The notes under the pieces were generated by a model. It saw nothing but the letters and a program-made list of their open reading frames with translations, had not been told where the DNA came from and searched no databases. The position numbers and the translations under genes are program-made. From contig CALXMM010000001.1 in NCBI GenBank assembly GCA_944389475.1, forward strand, positions 8,721 through 72,720: a stretch of DNA of 64,000 bases. The letters are read 5' to 3'. Of this stretch, positions 16,554-27,355 are shown piece after piece. Origin of the DNA: an uncultured Clostridia bacterium (GTDB lineage: Bacteria; Bacillota; Clostridia; TANB77; CAG-508). Within the stretch, counting starts at the first letter, position 1; each line of letters opens with the position of its first letter.

Positions 16554-18110
16554 ATGGCACTATTAGAGGTAGAACATTTATCACATTCATTTGGAGAAAA
16601 AGTATTGTATAAAGACTCTTCTTTTGAATTATATAAAGGCGAACATATGGGAATTGTAGGTCAAAACGGAGCTGGAAAAAGTACATTAATAAAAATTTTA
16701 CTTGGCGAAATTTTACCGGATAAAGGTTCTGTAAAATGGCAAAATGGTGTAACTATTGGAAAATTGGACCAATATGCAATTGTTGATGAAGAGCAAACTA
16801 TTTTTGATTATTTGAGGACAGCATTTAAGGATTTATATAAAATAGAAGAAGATTTAAATAAATTATATGAAGAAATGGCGATAAATTATAATGAAAACAT
16901 CTTAAAAAAAGTTTCTAGATATCAAGAGTTACTGGAAGAAAGAAATTTTTATGCAATAGATAGCACTGTACATAAAGTTGCAAGTGGTTTAGGGATAACT
17001 GCATTGGGCTTGGATACTTCCTTAAAAAACTTGAGTGGAGGTCAAAGAGCAAAAGTAATTCTAGCCAAATTACTTTTGCAAAATCCTGAAGTTTTAGTTT
17101 TAGATGAACCAACCAATTTTTTGGATAAAGAGCATGTTGAATGGCTTTCTGAATATTTAACAAGCTTTAAAGGAGCTTTTATAATAGTATCCCATGATTT
17201 CGATTTTCTAGAAAAGGTAACAACCTGTATCTGCGATATAGAATTTAATAAAATAAAAAAATATAAAGGTTCATATTCTAGTTTTTTAAAACAAAAAGAA
17301 TTATTAAGAGAGGATTATATAAGACAATATAATTCACAGCAAAAAGAAATAAAGAAATTGGAAGATTATATAGCCAAAAATAAAGTTAGAGCATCAACTG
17401 CCCAAATGGCTAAAAGTAGAGAAAAGAAATTAGAAAAGATGGAAAAAATTGAAAAACCATCATTTACAAGTAAACCTCATTTCCGTTTTAGTTGTGTTCC
17501 TAGCACAGCACAAGTAATTTTAGAAGTGAAAGATTTAGAAGTAGGATATTATTATCCTTTACTTCCAAAAATGAAATTTGATGTTAGAAATGAAGAAAAA
17601 CTCGTAATAACAGGATTTAATGGAATAGGAAAATCTACATTATTAAAAACACTTATTGGTGAAATTCAACCTATTTCTGGAAGTTTTAAATTTTCTGAAA
17701 CCATTAAAAGTATAGGCTATTATGAACAAGATTTAAAATGGGAGAATCCAGAAGATATTCCTCTAAATATTATTTCAAGAGAATTTCCAAAATTAACACA
17801 AAAACAAGTTAGAAAACATTTGGCTGATTGTGGAATAAAAAAAGAACATGTTATGCAACCAATAGCAACTTTAAGTGGAGGAGAGCAAGCCAAAGTAAAA
17901 TTATGCAAAATAATTTTAAGACCTTGCAATTTATTAATTTTAGATGAACCAACAAATCACTTAGATGCAGACACAAAAGAAGAATTACAAAAGGCATTAA
18001 CTGAGTTTAATGGAACTGTTATTTTAGTTTCACACGAAGCAAGTTTTTATAAAGATTTAGCAACTAGAGTTGTAAATATAAAAGATTTATGTGTAAAGAA
18101 GATTAATTAA
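16554..18110 (+). CDS. ABC-F family ribosome-associated ATPase
   Basis: Two ABC domains (GQNGAGKS/LSGGQ/LDEPTNFLD and GFNGIGKS/LSGGE/LDEPTNHLD), no TM segments. Confidence 0.92.
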   Translation: MALLEVEHLSHSFGEKVLYKDSSFELYKGEHMGIVGQNGAGKSTLIKILLGEILPDKGSVKWQNGVTIGKLDQYAIVDEEQTIFDYLRTAFKDLYKIEEDLNKLYEEMAINYNENILKKVSRYQELLEERNFYAIDSTVHKVASGLGITALGLDTSLKNLSGGQRAKVILAKLLLQNPEVLVLDEPTNFLDKEHVEWLSEYLTSFKGAFIIVSHDFDFLEKVTTCICDIEFNKIKKYKGSYSSFLKQKELLREDYIRQYNSQQKEIKKLEDYIAKNKVRASTAQMAKSREKKLEKMEKIEKPSFTSKPHFRFSCVPSTAQVILEVKDLEVGYYYPLLPKMKFDVRNEEKLVITGFNGIGKSTLLKTLIGEIQPISGSFKFSETIKSIGYYEQDLKWENPEDIPLNIISREFPKLTQKQVRKHLADCGIKKEHVMQPIATLSGGEQAKVKLCKIILRPCNLLILDEPTNHLDADTKEELQKALTEFNGTVILVSHEASFYKDLATRVVNIKDLCVKKIN

Positions 18111-18261
18111 TGTTATATATTTGTGGCTAAAAGTTTAGTACTTTTTATTGTTACAATTGATAGCTAAAAGTTTATTACTTAATCTTGAATATTTATAGAA
18201 AAAATTATATGATTATAAAGAAAAAATTAAAGAAATATATTACAAAAGAATAGGAGAAAAC

Positions 18262-19770
18262 ATGAAAAATAGAACAAAAAATCTAATATTATTTTTTATT
18301 TTATTTGTAATAACTGGGGCTGTTTTTTGGAATTATGTATCAATGCATTATGCAACAGATACATATAATATAATGAATATAGGATATAGAACATATGCAA
18401 TAAATAATTCTTTAAGTGATGGAAGAATATTTATGTTTTTAATAGGGATGCTTGCAAATTATATAAACATTCCTATTAATGTTTATGTAATAACTTTAAC
18501 TGTTATAGCATTAGTAGTATCATGTATAGCAGTTTTAGTACTGAAAAATATGATAATGAAATTTTGTACTAAAAAAACAAAATTTCAAGAATTTGTGGCA
18601 ATCTTAATTTCATATTGTACAATATTTAATTTTATGTATGTAGAGAATTTATATTTTGTAGAATCAGCCGTGATGGCATTTAGTGTTTTATTTTATATAT
18701 TAGCAGTTAACCAAATTGTAAAGAAAAACGATTTCTACATTATAAAAGCTACTTTTTTAGCCTTATTAGCTACATTTTGCTATCAAGGAACAATAGGATT
18801 ATTTGCACTATATGGAGTAGCATTTTCTATTGCAAAAAATGGAAAAGAGATAAAAGAAAGTTTAAAAGATTTTGCTTTAATAATATGCATAACTTTATTT
18901 TCATTTTTAGCTAATTTAGTACAAATAAATGTTGCAACAGCAATAGCTGGAACTACTCAACAGAGATTAAATGGAGTAGAAAATTTATTAACTTATTTTG
19001 TTAGAATACTAGTTAATTTCAAAAAAATGGTATTTGATACTATTTTAGTTAATAATTGTGGATTATTCCCAAGTTATGTAATGATGATATTTGTGCTAGT
19101 TATAGCTTTACTTGCAGAAATTTATGGTATTAAAGTAAAAAGATATGGTTTAGTATTTAATATTGCTTTTATTTGTTTGGTAACAGTACTTATTACTTTT
19201 GCAATGTGTATTGTTAGTATTACAAGTTATGATACTGGAAGAATTCATGTGCCTGTAGGAGCTTTAGTTGGTATAATCTTTATACCTTTGTTCTGTAGTA
19301 CAAAGATATTCGAGGATGAAACAATTATAAAATATTTAATAGTTATTGCTTTAATTGCTTATAATTTAATTACTGTTGTAAATACTGTAGTTTTATTGTA
19401 TGAACATAAGCAAGTAAATAAATTAGAAAAAGACAAATGCGAAGGATTAGAAGCATATATAGAAAATTATGAAAAAGAAAATAATGTAAAGATTACAGAA
19501 GCAAGATATTTTAAATTATCCAACATGAAAAAATATGGATATTTTGACCAAATATCTAATCAATCTGTTTTGACATATGATGGAGTTGCTTGTACCTGGT
19601 CTGCAATAGGAACAATTAATTTTTATACTGGTAGAAATTTCGAGGACAATTTCTTAGAGGCATATCCTAATAGAACTCTATTCTATGCATATGCAGCTAA
19701 ACGAAAACTAGGATATGAAGGCAATTTTGTAATAATGGATGATATATTGTATTTTATGGCATATATTTAA
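18262..19770 (+). CDS. GtrII-like (GT-C) membrane glycosyltransferase
   Basis: HYATD...DGR loop, YQG motif, many TM helices, soluble C-terminal tail. Confidence 0.7.
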   Translation: MKNRTKNLILFFILFVITGAVFWNYVSMHYATDTYNIMNIGYRTYAINNSLSDGRIFMFLIGMLANYINIPINVYVITLTVIALVVSCIAVLVLKNMIMKFCTKKTKFQEFVAILISYCTIFNFMYVENLYFVESAVMAFSVLFYILAVNQIVKKNDFYIIKATFLALLATFCYQGTIGLFALYGVAFSIAKNGKEIKESLKDFALIICITLFSFLANLVQINVATAIAGTTQQRLNGVENLLTYFVRILVNFKKMVFDTILVNNCGLFPSYVMMIFVLVIALLAEIYGIKVKRYGLVFNIAFICLVTVLITFAMCIVSITSYDTGRIHVPVGALVGIIFIPLFCSTKIFEDETIIKYLIVIALIAYNLITVVNTVVLLYEHKQVNKLEKDKCEGLEAYIENYEKENNVKITEARYFKLSNMKKYGYFDQISNQSVLTYDGVACTWSAIGTINFYTGRNFEDNFLEAYPNRTLFYAYAAKRKLGYEGNFVIMDDILYFMAYI

Positions 19771-19838
19771 AATAAAAAAATAAAGTCCATGACTTTAATT
19801 CCTATATATGCCTTGGCAAGAAAGGAATTAAATTTAGT

Positions 19839-21338
19839 ATGAAAAAATTAAAAAAGGATTATTTTATCTTTTTTGGAATATTTATATTGGCAGTAATAAT
19901 GTATGTTGGTTGGATTTCCATGCATTATTCTGCTGATACATATAATATAATGAATGTTGGATATGAGAAATATGCTACTAATTGGTCTTTAAAAGATGGT
20001 AGGTTAGTAATGTATTTACTTACTATGATTTTTGCAAAATTAAATTTTCCAATTGAAGTATATGTAATAGGAACACTTGTAATAGCTATTCTTATTTCCT
20101 GTGCTTGTGTTATAAAATTAAAAAATATTATTTTAAAAAATACGGAAATAAATTTGAAAAAAGAATTAATAGTCACAATTGCTGTATTTTTTACTATATT
20201 TAATTTTATGTACATAGAAGATATGTATTTTGTAGAATCAATTGTAATGGCTTTAAGTTTATTGTTATTTACATATTCATCAGATTTAATTGTAAATAGT
20301 AAAAATCTTGGCAATAAATTTATAGCATTAATATTAACAATATTTGGTGTTATATCATATCAAGGGACTGCCGGATTTATAATAGTACTTACATTTTTTA
20401 TAAGTTTATTAAAAAATAAAATAGAACTTAATGGAAATGCAGATTTAATTAAGAAAAATATAAAGCAAATTTGTTTAGACACTTTAATTTCAGCATTTTT
20501 TGCACTTGTTGCAGTTGGTGCGAATATGCTTATAGTAAATATTATTGGAAATGTAACAGGACAAGTTCAAACAAGAGTTGGTGGAATATCATCAATATTT
20601 AGTAATTTACAATATATTATTAGAAATTTTTCTGTTATTTTAAAGGATAATATTGGATTATTTCCAACAAATCTTTTATATGTTTTTATAGCTATTTTAT
20701 TGGTGTGCTCACTTGCATGCGATATAAAAACGAAATGTCAAAGATTTTTAACGATTAAATCCATATGCATAATAGTTTTATGTATAATATGTGCTTTTGT
20801 AGTCTCATTAGGGACATTATCTAGTTTTTATACAGGGAGATTACATTATTGTATTGGATGTATAATTGGTTTTGTATTAATTTGTCTAATAATGGAAAAT
20901 AATGATGAAATTTTTATAAAAATATTTAATTTTATTTTAATAATTTATAGCATTGTTAGTATATATAATTGTATAATAGTTACATATGAACATAAATTAG
21001 TTAATGAATATGAAAAAGATGAAGTACAAGGTATTGATGAATATATAAATAATTATGAACAAATTAATAATGTTAATATTCAAAACATAGCTATATATAC
21101 AGTAAAAGGACAGGATTATAAAACTTATTTTGAAAATATTATACGTAAATCTGTAGTTACATATAATGCAGTAAGATGTGATTGGGCTGCAGATGGAGTT
21201 ATAAATTTTTATACTGGAAGAGATTTGCAAAAAGTTAATTTAACCACAAATATGTTAAAAGAATATCTTTCACAGGAAAATGAAGAAGGATATGGAATAG
21301 TAAATAATACATTAATAATAGAATGTTATATGTATTAA
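19839..21338 (+). CDS. GtrII-like (GT-C) membrane glycosyltransferase, tandem paralog
   Basis: Shares SMHY-x-x-DTYNIMN-x-GY, TIFNFMY-x-E-x-x-YFVES, YEHK and INFYTGR with the upstream gene. Confidence 0.7.
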   Translation: MKKLKKDYFIFFGIFILAVIMYVGWISMHYSADTYNIMNVGYEKYATNWSLKDGRLVMYLLTMIFAKLNFPIEVYVIGTLVIAILISCACVIKLKNIILKNTEINLKKELIVTIAVFFTIFNFMYIEDMYFVESIVMALSLLLFTYSSDLIVNSKNLGNKFIALILTIFGVISYQGTAGFIIVLTFFISLLKNKIELNGNADLIKKNIKQICLDTLISAFFALVAVGANMLIVNIIGNVTGQVQTRVGGISSIFSNLQYIIRNFSVILKDNIGLFPTNLLYVFIAILLVCSLACDIKTKCQRFLTIKSICIIVLCIICAFVVSLGTLSSFYTGRLHYCIGCIIGFVLICLIMENNDEIFIKIFNFILIIYSIVSIYNCIIVTYEHKLVNEYEKDEVQGIDEYINNYEQINNVNIQNIAIYTVKGQDYKTYFENIIRKSVVTYNAVRCDWAADGVINFYTGRDLQKVNLTTNMLKEYLSQENEEGYGIVNNTLIIECYMY

Positions 21339-21380
21339 TATGAATTTAGCATAAAAATTTTAAAATAGGGAAGTAAAATT

Positions 21381-22583
21381 ATGGCAAATGTTAATGAAAA
21401 TTTTTTGAATTTAAAAAAAGATTATTTATTCTCAGATATAACAAATAAGAAGAATGAATACGAAAGAATGAATCCGGACAAAAAGGTTATAAATTTAGGA
21501 ATCGGAGATGTTTCTTTGCCACTTGTACCAGTAGTTATAGAAGCAATGCATAAAGCTGTGGATGAGATGGCTAAAAAAGAAACTTTTAGAGGTTATGGGA
21601 TAGTACAAGGTTATGACTTTTTAATAGATAGAATTTTGGATGTAGAGTATGAAAAAAGAGGAGTTAAACTTGATAAAGATGAAGTATTTATTGCAGCAGG
21701 TAGTAAAGGTGATTTGGCAGGAATTGCGGAATTATTTTCTGAGGATAATATTGTAGCTTTAATGGATCCTGTTTATCCAGCATATAGGGATACAAATATA
21801 ATGCTTGGAAGAAATAATATAGTTTATTTGAAAGCAACAGAAGAGAATAATTTTATACCTAGTATTCCAGATGAACATGTAGATATTATATATTTATGCT
21901 CACCAAATAATCCAACAGGAACAGTTTTATCTAGGAAACAATTAGAAGAATGGGTTAAATACGCCAAAGAAAATAGAGCGGTAATATTTTTTGATTCTGT
22001 TTATGAAATATTTATTGATGATGAAAATATACCACATAGTATTTATGAAATAGATGGTGCAAAAGAAGTTGCGGTAGAATTTAGAAGCTATTCAAAACTT
22101 GCAGGTTTTACAGGAGTTAGATGTTCATTTGCAGTGGTTCCTAAGGAATTAAAAGCATATAGAAAAAATGGGGAGAAAATAGAATTAAATTCTTTATGGA
22201 GAAGAAGGCAGAGTACGAAATTTGGTGCAGCTGCATACATAACCCAAAGAGCTGCTGAAGCAGTATATACAGAATTAGGTCAAAAACAAATTAGAGAAAA
22301 TATTAAATATTATAAGGAAAATGCAAAATATATAAAAGAAGAGCTAGAGAAAGTTGGATTTACTGTTTATGGAGGAGTTAATTCACCATATATTTGGTTA
22401 AAAACTCCAAATGGCATGAAATCTTGGGATTTCTTTGATAAATTATTAAACGGAGCTGCAGTTGTTGGGACTCCTGGGGTTGGATTTGGAGAATGTGGAG
22501 AAGGATATTTTAGATTAACTGCATTTTCTAGCAAAGAAGACACTAAAGAAGCCGTGGATAGAATAATACAATTATTTAAATAG
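21381..22583 (+). CDS. dapL: LL-diaminopimelate aminotransferase
   Basis: NENFLNL..DYLF, LGIGDV, LCSPNNPTG, FRSYSKLAGFTGVRC, PGVGFG..GEGYFRL. Confidence 0.92.
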   Translation: MANVNENFLNLKKDYLFSDITNKKNEYERMNPDKKVINLGIGDVSLPLVPVVIEAMHKAVDEMAKKETFRGYGIVQGYDFLIDRILDVEYEKRGVKLDKDEVFIAAGSKGDLAGIAELFSEDNIVALMDPVYPAYRDTNIMLGRNNIVYLKATEENNFIPSIPDEHVDIIYLCSPNNPTGTVLSRKQLEEWVKYAKENRAVIFFDSVYEIFIDDENIPHSIYEIDGAKEVAVEFRSYSKLAGFTGVRCSFAVVPKELKAYRKNGEKIELNSLWRRRQSTKFGAAAYITQRAAEAVYTELGQKQIRENIKYYKENAKYIKEELEKVGFTVYGGVNSPYIWLKTPNGMKSWDFFDKLLNGAAVVGTPGVGFGECGEGYFRLTAFSSKEDTKEAVDRIIQLFK

Positions 22584-22684
22584 TTGAAGATATAATAAGA
22601 TATGGAAAGATTTTAATAGCTGAAAATGTTAGAGAAACAGTGAATAGATACAAAGTTATAAAATAAAGTAAGAAGGTAGTTTTT

Positions 22685-23815
22685 GTGAATATTGAGAAAA
22701 TAGTAACTGATTTAAAACCACAAATGAAAAAGGATAAAGAATATTTATGGAATCATCCAGAAAAAGGTTTATGCGAGTTTAAGACATCTGCATATATAAA
22801 GAAAAGATTGGAAGATATGGGATATCAAGATATAAATCAAAATATTTATGCAACAGGAATTATAGCTACGTTAAAAGGTAAAGAACCAGGACCTTGTATA
22901 ATGTTTAGAAGTGATATGGATGCTGTTATAATGGATGAAACAGGTAGAACTAAACATACGTGTGGTCATGATGCTCATATGACAATACTTTTATCACTTG
23001 CTAAAATATTAATGGATAATAAGGATAAGATAAAAGGAACAGTAAAATTACTCTTTGAGCCAGATGAAGAAGGAAATGCTGGAGCAAGTAAGATGGTCGA
23101 AAATGGAGCATTGGAAAATCCAAAAGTAGACAAGACTTTTGCAATACATGTTTGGAGTGAATTAAAAGAAGGTTCAATCGGAATAAAAGCGGGAACTGTA
23201 ATGGCTTCTTCTGACCCATATGATATTTATGTGTATGGTAAAGGTGGGCATGCAGCTATGCCAGAAAAATGTGTGGACCCAATTTATATAGCAAACAAAA
23301 TTGGAATTGCTCTAAAAGAAATGGCTAGGATAAACGTGGATATAGATGAAAAAGCTATTATGGGTGTAACCGCAATAAGTGGCGGAAAGACAAATAATGT
23401 TATACCCGACAAAGTATTTATGAAAGGTATTTGTAGAACTAATAATAATGAAGTTAGAAAAGAAATGAAGTCAAAATTAGTAGAAACAGTTGAGAACATA
23501 GCAAAAGAAATGGGTGGAAGAGCAGAAGTAAAATTTTTAGTACAATATCCAGTTACATCAAATTCTAAAGAAGAGGCTGAAGTAGTACAAGAATTGGCAA
23601 AAAAAGTCGTAGATAATGTAATTACAGATTATCAAACAACAACTTCTGAAGATTTTTCATATTATTTGGAAAAAGTGCCGGGTTGTATGATATTTGTTGG
23701 ATGTGGAGGGGATGTATATTATCCTCAACATAACGAAAACTTTACTGTTGGAGAAAAACCAATTTTAATAGGAACACAACTATTCTATGAAATAGCAAAA
23801 AAATATTTAATGTAG
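22685..23815 (+). CDS. M20D family amidohydrolase
   Basis: HPE, RSDMDA, HTCGHDAH, EEG, GKGGHAA, SEDF motifs. Confidence 0.88.
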   Translation: MNIEKIVTDLKPQMKKDKEYLWNHPEKGLCEFKTSAYIKKRLEDMGYQDINQNIYATGIIATLKGKEPGPCIMFRSDMDAVIMDETGRTKHTCGHDAHMTILLSLAKILMDNKDKIKGTVKLLFEPDEEGNAGASKMVENGALENPKVDKTFAIHVWSELKEGSIGIKAGTVMASSDPYDIYVYGKGGHAAMPEKCVDPIYIANKIGIALKEMARINVDIDEKAIMGVTAISGGKTNNVIPDKVFMKGICRTNNNEVRKEMKSKLVETVENIAKEMGGRAEVKFLVQYPVTSNSKEEAEVVQELAKKVVDNVITDYQTTTSEDFSYYLEKVPGCMIFVGCGGDVYYPQHNENFTVGEKPILIGTQLFYEIAKKYLM

Positions 23816-23885
23816 TAAAAAACTTAGTAATTGCAACGAGATGGGGCAAAGAAGTATATAAGTAAATTTAAAGGAGGAAAAACCT

Positions 23886-26591
23886 TTGAGTAAATTAGTA
23901 TTAATAGATGGTAATAGTATTTTAAACAGAGCTTTTTATGGTATAATGGGAAGTAAAATGCTTTCAACAAAGGATGGAACGCCTACAAATGCTGTATATG
24001 GCTTTTTAGCTATAATGTTTAAAATATTGGATGACATTAAGCCAGAATATTTGGTTGTGGCTTTTGACATGAAAGGTCCAACTAAAAGACATGCAATGTA
24101 TGATGGCTATAAAGCTAACAGAAAAGGAATGCCGGATGAATTAGCTGAGCAAATGCCAATTATAAAAAATGTTTTAAGAGCAATGAATATAGATATTGTA
24201 GAAAAAGAAGGCTATGAGGGTGATGATATTTTAGGAACATTATCTGTTTATGGAGAAAAGCAGGGATTGGATGTAACAATATTGTCAGGAGATAGGGATA
24301 CATTTCAACTTGCAACAGATAAGGTTACAATAAGAATACCGCATACAAAAGCAGGAAAAACCGAGGAAGATGACTATAATGCTGACAAAGTAAGAGAAAT
24401 TTATAATATAGAGCCAAAACAATTAATAGAGGTTAAAGGTTTACAAGGTGATTCTTCCGATAATATACCGGGAGTTCCTGGAATAGGTGAAAAAACAGCT
24501 TTAAAATTAATACAAGAATATAAAAATATAGATAATTTATATAAATTATTGGAAGAAGGAAAGGCTGAAGATGTTAAAGGAAAGACAAGAGAAAAAATAT
24601 TAGCCAATAAGGATTTAGCATTGCTTTCCAGAGAATTAGGTACTATAAATGTAAATTCCCCAATAGATGAAAATTTAGATGATTTTAAAGTGGAAGAATG
24701 GAATAAACCAGAAGTTTTAAAATTATTTAAAGAATTAAATTTTAATAGATATATAGAAAGATTTAATTTAGCATCAGGTGAAGAAATTAAAGAAGAAGAA
24801 ACCACAGAAAAATATGAAATTGAAGTAATAGATTTAAAGGAAGCTAAAGATATTATTTTAAAAAGTAAAGAATTGTTTTATTATTTCTCTACAAAAGAAG
24901 CAGACAAGCCAGAATATATTATAAAAAAGGAAATAACTACATTTTCTTTCTATGATAGCAAAGAAAACAAAGCATATTTTTCAATTGTTAAAGAAGAAGA
25001 TATAAATTATTTAAAAGAAATCTTCGAAAATAAAGATATAAAAAAATATGGATATAAAATTTCAGAAGACTATATCTTGCTAAAACAAATGGGGATAGCT
25101 CCACAGGATATTAGTTATGATGCAGAGATTGCAGTATATGATTTGGATGCAACAAATATGAAATACAAAATGCAGGATGTAGCATATCAGTATTTGGATT
25201 TTGATATGGATAAATATTTAAATTCATTGGGAATAAAGAAACAGGAGCAAATGAATTTATTCGAAGAAAATGCTGATAACAATGAATATGAAAAATATCT
25301 AAATACTTTATATGCATATTTGATATATAAATTATACAAAACAACAACGAAGAAATTAGCAGAATTAGAAGAAACAGAGTTATTTAAAAACATAGAAATG
25401 CCTTTAGTAGAGGTACTTTCTGAAATGCAATATGCGGGAATACAAATAGACAAGGATGAATTAGAAGAATTTGGAGTAAAATTAAAAGAAAATATTGCCA
25501 AACTAACACAGGAAATATATGACTTGAGTGGAACAGAATTTAATATAAATTCTACAAAACAATTAGGAGAAGTTCTATTCGAAAAATTAGAATTGCCAGT
25601 GTTAAAGAAGACAAAAACGGGTTATTCAACAGATGTGGATGTTTTGGAAAAATTAAAAAAGATACATCCGGTAGTAGAAAAAATATTGGAATATAGGAGT
25701 TTAACAAAATTAAATTCAACTTATGTAGAAGGATTGAAACCATACATAAATCCGGTAACAGGAAGAATTCACTCATATTTCCATCAAACAATAACCGCAA
25801 CAGGAAGAATAAGTTCTACGGAACCAAATCTACAAAATATTCCAACTAGGATAGAACTTGGAAAGCAATTAAGAAAAGCTTTTAAGCCAAAAGAAGGATA
25901 TTTGTTTATAGATGCGGACTACTCTCAAATTGAGCTTAGAGTACTTGCTCATATGTCAAATGATGAACATATGATACAAGCATTTAAGAACAATGAGGAT
26001 ATACATAAACAAGCTGCTGCAAGTGTATTTAATGTTTCAATAGATGAGGTAACAAAAGAACAAAGAAGTCATGCAAAAGCAGTTAATTTCGGAATAGTAT
26101 ATGGAATAAGTGATTTTGGTTTAGCAGAGCAAATCGGAGTATCTAGAAAGAAAGCAAAAGAATATATAGAGCAATATTTACAAAAATATAGTGGAATAAA
26201 ACAATATATGTCAGACATCGTAGAAGAGGCTAAAGAAAAGGGGTATGTAGAAACATTATTTAAGAGGAGAAGATATATACCAGAGCTTAAATCTAAGAAT
26301 TTTAATATTAGGCAATTTGGTTCTAGAGCTGCTATGAATACTCCTATACAGGGAACAGCAGCAGATATAATGAAAATTGCAATGATAGATGTTTTTAATA
26401 AATTAAAGGAAAGACATTTGCAATCTAAATTAATATTGCAAATACATGATGAGCTTTTAATTGAAACTAAGGAAGAGGAAAAAGAAGAGGTAAAGGAATT
26501 ATTAAAGACATCAATGGAAAATGCAGTAAAACTAAAAGTACCATTAAGAGCAGATGTTTCTGAAGCATATAATTGGTATGATTTAAAATAA
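23886..26591 (+). CDS. polA: DNA polymerase I
   Basis: 5'-3' exonuclease (LIDGNS, GDSSDNIPGV), polymerase motifs DYSQIELR, KAVNFGIVYG, QIHDEL; TTG start with AGGAGG. Confidence 0.97.
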   Translation: MSKLVLIDGNSILNRAFYGIMGSKMLSTKDGTPTNAVYGFLAIMFKILDDIKPEYLVVAFDMKGPTKRHAMYDGYKANRKGMPDELAEQMPIIKNVLRAMNIDIVEKEGYEGDDILGTLSVYGEKQGLDVTILSGDRDTFQLATDKVTIRIPHTKAGKTEEDDYNADKVREIYNIEPKQLIEVKGLQGDSSDNIPGVPGIGEKTALKLIQEYKNIDNLYKLLEEGKAEDVKGKTREKILANKDLALLSRELGTINVNSPIDENLDDFKVEEWNKPEVLKLFKELNFNRYIERFNLASGEEIKEEETTEKYEIEVIDLKEAKDIILKSKELFYYFSTKEADKPEYIIKKEITTFSFYDSKENKAYFSIVKEEDINYLKEIFENKDIKKYGYKISEDYILLKQMGIAPQDISYDAEIAVYDLDATNMKYKMQDVAYQYLDFDMDKYLNSLGIKKQEQMNLFEENADNNEYEKYLNTLYAYLIYKLYKTTTKKLAELEETELFKNIEMPLVEVLSEMQYAGIQIDKDELEEFGVKLKENIAKLTQEIYDLSGTEFNINSTKQLGEVLFEKLELPVLKKTKTGYSTDVDVLEKLKKIHPVVEKILEYRSLTKLNSTYVEGLKPYINPVTGRIHSYFHQTITATGRISSTEPNLQNIPTRIELGKQLRKAFKPKEGYLFIDADYSQIELRVLAHMSNDEHMIQAFKNNEDIHKQAAASVFNVSIDEVTKEQRSHAKAVNFGIVYGISDFGLAEQIGVSRKKAKEYIEQYLQKYSGIKQYMSDIVEEAKEKGYVETLFKRRRYIPELKSKNFNIRQFGSRAAMNTPIQGTAADIMKIAMIDVFNKLKERHLQSKLILQIHDELLIETKEEEKEEVKELLKTSMENAVKLKVPLRADVSEAYNWYDLK

Positions 26592-26718
26592 TAATTGTGA
26601 AAAAAAATTAAATTGTCAGGATTTAAGTGTTGCTTAAAGTTTTAAATGGTGTATACAGGAGTAAATTTAAAAGAAAGGAGAATATGATATATTAGCAAAA
26701 TATATCATATGGCTAGTT

Positions 26719-27288
26719 ATGGTAAAAAAATTACTAAAGATAATAGTTATTTTATTAATTATATGTGCTATAATGTATTTAGTTTTTGGTGTATTTAAAG
26801 TACATGAAATTATCATAAAACAAATTTATCCTCAAAAATATTCTGAATATGTAGAAAAGTATTCTAAAGAATATGGTGTGGATCCTTTATTGATATATGC
26901 CATGATTAAAGCTGAGAGCAATTTTAAACCTGATGTAGTTTCTAAAAGTGATGCAGTCGGTTTAATGCAACTAATGGATACAACAGCAGAAGATACTGCT
27001 AAAAAATTAGGAATGGAATACGAAAAAGATGAATTAAAAGACCCCGAAACAAATATTAAATTAGGAACTAAATATTTTTCTACATTATATGCAACATATA
27101 AAAGTGTTCCAATTGCTTTAACTGCATATAATGCAGGAAGTGGAAATGTAGATAAATGGTTACAAGATGAAACTATTTCAAAAGATGGTTCGGACATAGA
27201 AAATATTCCATTTAGAGAAACAAATAATTATGTAAGAAAAATTTTAAGAGATTATGAAATATATAAAAGAATATATCAAGAACAATAA
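26719..27288 (+). CDS. Lytic transglycosylase (SLT domain)
   Basis: N-terminal TM, IKAESNF, AVGLMQL, AYNAG, ETNNYV. Confidence 0.92.
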   Translation: MVKKLLKIIVILLIICAIMYLVFGVFKVHEIIIKQIYPQKYSEYVEKYSKEYGVDPLLIYAMIKAESNFKPDVVSKSDAVGLMQLMDTTAEDTAKKLGMEYEKDELKDPETNIKLGTKYFSTLYATYKSVPIALTAYNAGSGNVDKWLQDETISKDGSDIENIPFRETNNYVRKILRDYEIYKRIYQEQ

Positions 27289-27355
27289 AACAAAACTCTT
27301 GGTATTTATAAGAGTTATAGTATAAACAAATTTTAATATATGGGAGGTAAAAATT

